DNA of 54,538 bases, counting the filler, from Sphacelaria rigidula (Eukaryota): the NCBI GenBank assembly GCA_964200075.2. It is 3 parts of 3 records of this genome, joined end to end, with 100 filler letters (N's around TTAATTAATTAA, not from the genome) between each part and the next. Parts side by side here need not be neighbours in the genome. Positions count along the whole stretch, not along the records: positions 36,431 to 54,538 come from CAXNAA020000915.1; 2 more parts are not named here. One strand, given 5' to 3'. The notes beneath the pieces are model-generated. The model saw only the letters and a program-made list of their open reading frames with translations, was not told the origin of the DNA and did not search any database. Below are positions 49,301 to 54,538 of this stretch, piece after piece. The stretch's first letter is position 1; every line of letters starts with the position of its first letter. A program made the translations under genes and the position numbers.

Positions 49301-52300
49301 AATGATACAGCAGGTGCTTCAAGTACCGTTCATCGCATGCGTCCTCTCGTTCACACAACTTCGCAGTACGGTCGCATCGGCCCTTCCCCTCTGAAGGCCG
49401 TGAGACAAGCCTCACCGGGTCCATCAGCGTCGGGAGATCAGTCTGAGGAAGCATTGTGTCACTGGCGGCCGTCGGCCTCGAAAGTGTTCGAGGGTTTGCT
49501 TGTGGAAACCATCGGTGAAGCGGGGCAGGGTGGATTCGCGTACCCTACAGTTCAGAGATACGTTCGAAGGTGCGGTCAGATCACACACCAAGTAGGTTGT
49601 ATCATGGATGGAATAGAAGACGAGGACGACGGCTACTCTTCCTCCGGCAGCGACGAGCTACGCGATGATGACAAAGGACCCGAACTTGAGAAGGGCAACA
49701 AACATCGATGGCACAGCACCCAAGGCGATGACGGGTGGGCAAGTCCATCTGAAGATACCGAGGGAACCGCCGACCTCGAATACCAATTCCGGCGACGAAT
49801 ACGAGACCATGTGTCCCATTCGAACGTCGACCGCTCGACGGCGAGGGCTGTGGCCGCTGTGGGAGTTGGGGGACAAAGTCTCATTCGTTCGCGATGTCCT
49901 CCTGCGTTCGTGCGGGCACCCCTTTACTTCAGTGAACTGCTTACCCTAGGGCGGCTCATGCACGTGATACACCGCATGGGTCACACCGGATCGGCAACAG
50001 CAGCAGATAGGGGGCGGGTACAAGCAACGGAGTATTGCCTAACGCTGGTGCGCATGTGCTGTGGTAATGGAAGTGGAGGGCTCGAAAAGGCTGAGCCAGC
50101 AGAATGGACGACTGGCGGCCGACAAATGGACGAAGATGCCGCGACTCTGCAAAGGTCCCAGCTTCTGGTGGATTTTAGGCTACCAGAAAAATTGGCCCCA
50201 TGCCTACACGACCGGCGATCGGAAGTTCGGAGAGACGCCGCTAACTGTGCACTGTCAGCACTGAAAGGTGGGTATGAGCACCTACGATGGTTCTCTCCCG
50301 CATTTGAGGACAAGGTTGGCGTGGATCCACGTGCACTTTTAGCGCTAGGATTCTGCACACCTGTGTGGGTATCAGGGCTCATGGGCATCCTAGTGGGACA
50401 TGAAGGGGCGCCTTTGGGTTCTGCAACGCCGAGCCGAGCGGCGCGCCAAGGGAAAGAAAACTTAAGGCGGATAGCGTTGAGTTGTCTCGGGTACATGGCT
50501 GCAGCGGGGGACCTAGCCACTGAAAGTTGGCAAGCGGTTCGTGTCGTCCCGGCTCTACAGGGGGCGCTCAGCCGTGAAACTTCTGGTGTGGGTACGACGC
50601 CGATATCTACACCAAAAGGTGGCACGGACGACACGATGGTTGGGGCTACCAGGGACTTGAACGGTTGGAGGGAAGGGATAGTGGATGTTATCAGATCACT
50701 CGTGGAAAATGGATCCGGGACAACCCACGATATGCTTCGTAACTACCCCGGGGTTGTCGCGTTCTGCAAGATTCCTGAGACGAATTTCCCAGGCTCCATG
50801 ACTTCCAAGGATGTGGCCGCTAGGGCTGCGGAGCTTCTACAAGGGGGGACGTCGGATGAAATTATTTCCCTGGTTCGCCGGGTAAAGTCAGTTTTGGCAA
50901 CAGCAGTTAGGCTTGGTGATTATCGGGTGTTAGGCTTTGGTAGTGATGGCGTACCTGAAGACGTCGGCGTTACGATGTCACTAGTTTGGGGGTGGATGCA
51001 GCGTGTTTCGGTGCAGCTGGCGCGCGATAGTCCAGAGCACCCATCGACGAAGGCCAGGATGACGATCGGGCGAGAATGTATTAAACTCATGCACTTTTTG
51101 CTGGCGTCAAAGTCTCCACCGGCTCTGCGTCTCGTGCAATGCGGTATTCATCCGACGCTCGCAACCGAAGTGCTCTGGGCTTCGAGCTCGGTGTCTAATC
51201 CAGCAGACATGACGCACCATTCTGACGACGATAGGCAGCGAACAAAAGTGGACGTGGCTAAGGTGGAGCTAGCGCAGGCCAAAACAGGGCTGGATGTACT
51301 TGTGCGCCTTCTATCCGTACAGCAACCTGGTCCCCTCGATTTGCTCAGGGCTCATCCCATCCGATCACTAGTAGTCGACGCGACTGACGCTTTAGCTGAT
51401 GCTGTTGCGTATGCGGATCGCAGTACTCTCGACTGCCTTGACCGCAGTGGGTTGGGCTTGCGGTTAGCACTTGCTGTCGAAAATGCAGCAAAGTTTGCCA
51501 GGGAGAGTAGCCGGCGTGGTGTCGAATTCGTTCACCTTGTCTGGACATATCCTGCAGGTAGACAAGCGAGAACGAAGCTGCTGGATCGTGTGCTTTGGAG
51601 AGGCCATCGCGGATTGGTGGAGCAGATCGTCATTTCCGGGTTGATCGAGCTCATCGTATCAAACATGCTACCCGATTGCACCACAACAGATATCAGCAAT
51701 GCACGGCTCCCGGCCACTTTTGTGCGGTATAACGGAACGCCTCTTCTTCGAAACGAGGGTATAGCTCTATTGGAAAGGGTGGTCGCCCGGCGTCGACGAT
51801 GTCCCGCGGTTGCCACGGAGACATCAAGACAAATTGTTAGACACGAACTTCCATCCGTGGAAATGGCTCATCTCCGAGAGCACAGAAATAGGCCGATAAG
51901 GACAGGGGTTGGTGTAGCACTCAGGGCCCTCGCTCGACTCGGAAGCACGCCAGTCGATATGGCGTTGAGTCGCGCGGGGGTTCCCAGACGGGCTGTTGTT
52001 GAAACAAGAAAGGATCCCATGAACAGCAAAACGAAAAAACGATGGACTCGATGGCTTCGACGGGGTGCCGAGTTGTCGACGGCTGGCCCAGAAGCACTCT
52101 ACCTGCAGCCGGCAGTCTTCGCGCGTCTTCCAAAACCCTCGTTACTTCAGACGTCGGCAATGGGTGAGCCTATCGATCGCGAGGTTTCATCTTCACCTGA
52201 AGGCGAAGGTGTAAAAAACGTTACCGACGATATACCTTGCTCTTCGCCAATGCCGCGGACGCCGCCGGAGGAGCCGAACAGCACGGGCCTGCGGTTTGAA

Positions 52301-54310
52301 GACGATCCTGCCAAAACAAACTCACATTTGATGAATACATTGACGAGAAATATCAAGACTTTTTACGCTCCATCAACTCCCCATCGCCCCGAGTTACGAC
52401 AGGCGTGGGCTCCAGTCACTAATTCGGAGTCTGTTGAGGTATCGACCGAGCGTACGATCAGAGCAATGGTGAGCGTAGAGGGATGCATATCACAGCGTTC
52501 TGTGGCTGATCTGACCCTTGTTCTTGCCGCAGAGCTTGGGGTAACAACAGCAAGCTTAGGAACGATCGAAGTTGCTGTAGAACCGCCCATCGGATCCCCG
52601 GCATCCATGATGGACGAGTTCTATGACGGTACCCAGCCGACTGTCAACGGGTCGACTATGAAAATGCTACTGGCGGAGCATCTGGCTGAGAGATTGTACA
52701 CGCGCTGCCTCGCGGGTGTCCTGCGCCTGCCGGGGCTTCTACGCGTAGAGGTGATGACAGTATGAGGTTTTCGGTAAATGGTGTTGTTCTTTTCCATCCG
52801 TTGTTCGCTGGTCCCAGTCGAGGTCTTGTTGATGTTGGTGCATGTTTCACGGCCGAGCTTATAAATCTCGTCGACTTTAGCATTACCTTTCGAATACTGC
52901 ACCTATTTTATACAGACGGCGATTGCGGATATGTGTCACATCGCCGACGAGTAGATTTTTTATGCACTTTGGTAGCGCGCAAGTCGATTTTTATGTTTGT
53001 AAACGATCTTTCCCTGCCACAAACCCACATCCCTCCAAGCATTCGTCCTTTTCTCGCGTGTGTTCCCTACGTAGATCGATGGAAAGGGCATGTTGACATG
53101 GGAGGGGGTGGAAATTGTTCCAGATGATCCTGCTCTTGTCGACAGCAAATCTCGCAAAGAAAGCGTCGGCAGAGACACGCTAATTACCTCGTCTTCAAAA
53201 TCAAGGGTATCGGATTCGATTCCAGGTGCCCCATCGGCACGCAAGAGCGGACTTGCACAGTCCGCAGGGAAAGTCACTTCAACGAATCACGCTTGGCTAG
53301 ACCGGACCTCAAGTGGTGCTGTCGATATGGAACCAGACCGGAGCGGACGCGGTATGGAGGGCAACCTTCCAGGCTCGACAGCGTCGCCCGTACAACCATC
53401 CGCGAAGAGGGTGTCGGACTCTTTTGCTCGAAGCTCCAGGGACCACGAAGCTACAGAATTTCGAGCTTTGCTTCCCACAGAAAAACGCGACCGCGTCGCT
53501 TTAGCGCTGGATCGGATGGGGGGTGCGGTTGTGGAAGTACGCGATGCCTTTGAAAGGTGGGTGTCGCAGGACATCGTCGATGGTGTAAATGAACCCACCA
53601 GCGCCGACGAAGTAGAACGTGCTGCAACTAGCGCCATGGCACAGCTGAGGCTCCCCATGAAATTGGCGGCGGCAGCCAGCAAGCGTGTCGGGGCCCCGAC
53701 ATTTCGGACGGTGTCGTTCGCAGAGTTTATCGGTCGCTATGCGGAAGCAGCCGGTTTGCTGAAACACGTGCCGGATCCAACGGAATCGTGGGTTTGGGTC
53801 GAAGGGCCCACTGGGACGTGGATCGCGTTGTCAACAGAGCGATTGAGGGACGCGCAGGCGGTTTTTGATGAAGCAACGGAGGAGTGTCACGAAACTCTGT
53901 CTGATACGGAATCGCAAGGTGGGCTCGGCTGCCTTTAATGAATGCGAACGATCAGCCTGCGATGTTGCATGGTCCAGGAAGGTTCCGAATCATCGAATGC
54001 GTTTGAACAAGGTCACATAACGCCAGCCCCTACCCCCTTATATACCCACAGCTGTTGTACCCTGTCTTTAAAGTTGTATGTCCTTCGTGGTTCTGCTTCT
54101 TCTGAGTTGACGTTACCTGGCTGTCCATTTCCAACCATCAACTTTGTTCCTTTCGCAGACTTCGAGATGGAGAGGAGTCTGAGCAGACCCGCCGCGACCG
54201 CTGCCATCCAAGTGTTCCTCCATGGAGATGGGACCGAGAACTTAGCTACGTACTTTCGCGATCGTTCACGCGTCATCGACGAACTTTGCGGGGGGCGTGT
54301 GTCCTACCAG
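37339..54310 (+). CDS. Giant WD40 / pseudokinase / helical-repeat / EF-hand-like protein (>3,500 aa, incomplete at both ends)
   Basis: Exons 37339-37887 (LLTGSKDTTVRVWDV, WD40), 39178-~39330, ~40382-41501 (HDTPVTSLAYLPLSMLVASGAADGKVRLWDP, WD40), 41981-42231, 42675-43061, 43348-43587 (GC donor), 44270-44434, 45120-48278 (kinase fold), 48860-49078, 49367-52750, 53075-53918, 54159-54310. From 41501 onward all junctions have AG acceptors, GT/GC donors and matching phases. The 39330-40382 interval is unresolved. Confidence 0.88.
37951..38119. mobile_element. Small degenerate hAT-like MITE in an intron
   Basis: CAGGCTGCTCTGGA ... TCCTGAGCAACCTG inverted ends with GGTAC-rich interior; no TSD seen. 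Confidence 0.4.
45800..47815 (+). CDS. Protein-kinase-fold (pseudokinase) domain within the giant protein
   Basis: Motifs in order: GGMVFTARV, VAVLEI, LYLVTERLEG, LVLRDLSSSTVFV, LKVVGFS, ITPPE, AWDVWTLGILLFE, CMEPDPKRRPSPADLLLHPFL. Confidence 0.85.
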
Positions 54311-54538
54311 GTATGGTCATCGAATGTGCTGTCCAACGAAGACGACTCAACGGCCACGCATGACACGTGAGCTCTGGTCTCAAGACTTGAAGCACAGACC
54401 CACCCTTTTCAAACTAGCAATAAAAAATCATCACCTCTGACGCACCGTAACCCCCCCCCCCCCCCCCCCACGCCACACCCAACCCACCACAAACTCACAC
54501 ATCACCAAAGAAAAACGAAGGTAAAAAAAAGAAGGGTC

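Noticed and set aside
45551-52608. Many minus-strand ORFs opposite the large exons
   Set aside because: Antisense shadows of GC-rich coding sequence.

Overview
Eukaryotic, intron-rich genomic DNA. The long GT-AG introns and the repeat landscape suggest a brown alga (Phaeophyceae); this is inference. Two large multi-exon genes are transcribed divergently. (1) A minus-strand polycystin-2/TRPP-like cation channel, hand-assembled from about 11-12 exons between ~33843 and ~18683. It shows an N-terminal IQ motif, S1, the TOP domain, S2-S6 and an LGE selectivity filter. (2) A plus-strand gene from 37339 that runs off the window end and encodes more than 3,500 aa: WD40 repeats, a pseudokinase with an EF-hand-like insertion, a helical (ARM/HEAT-like) region and C-terminal EF-hand-like motifs. 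The first 18 kb is mostly transposon debris: piggyBac-like MITE arrays, tRNA-derived SINEs, a deleted hAT element with an 8-bp TSD, foldback elements and LTR fragments, plus a possible Gly-rich gene at 3.0-3.9 kb. One channel intron carries a 2.5-kb foldback element with a nested palindromic MITE. Two artificial gap linkers (N...TTAATTAATTAA...N) mean adjacency across ~18.2 kb and ~36.4 kb is unverified. No prokaryote-type system (CRISPR, operon) is present. Exon boundaries were read by eye and need transcript confirmation.
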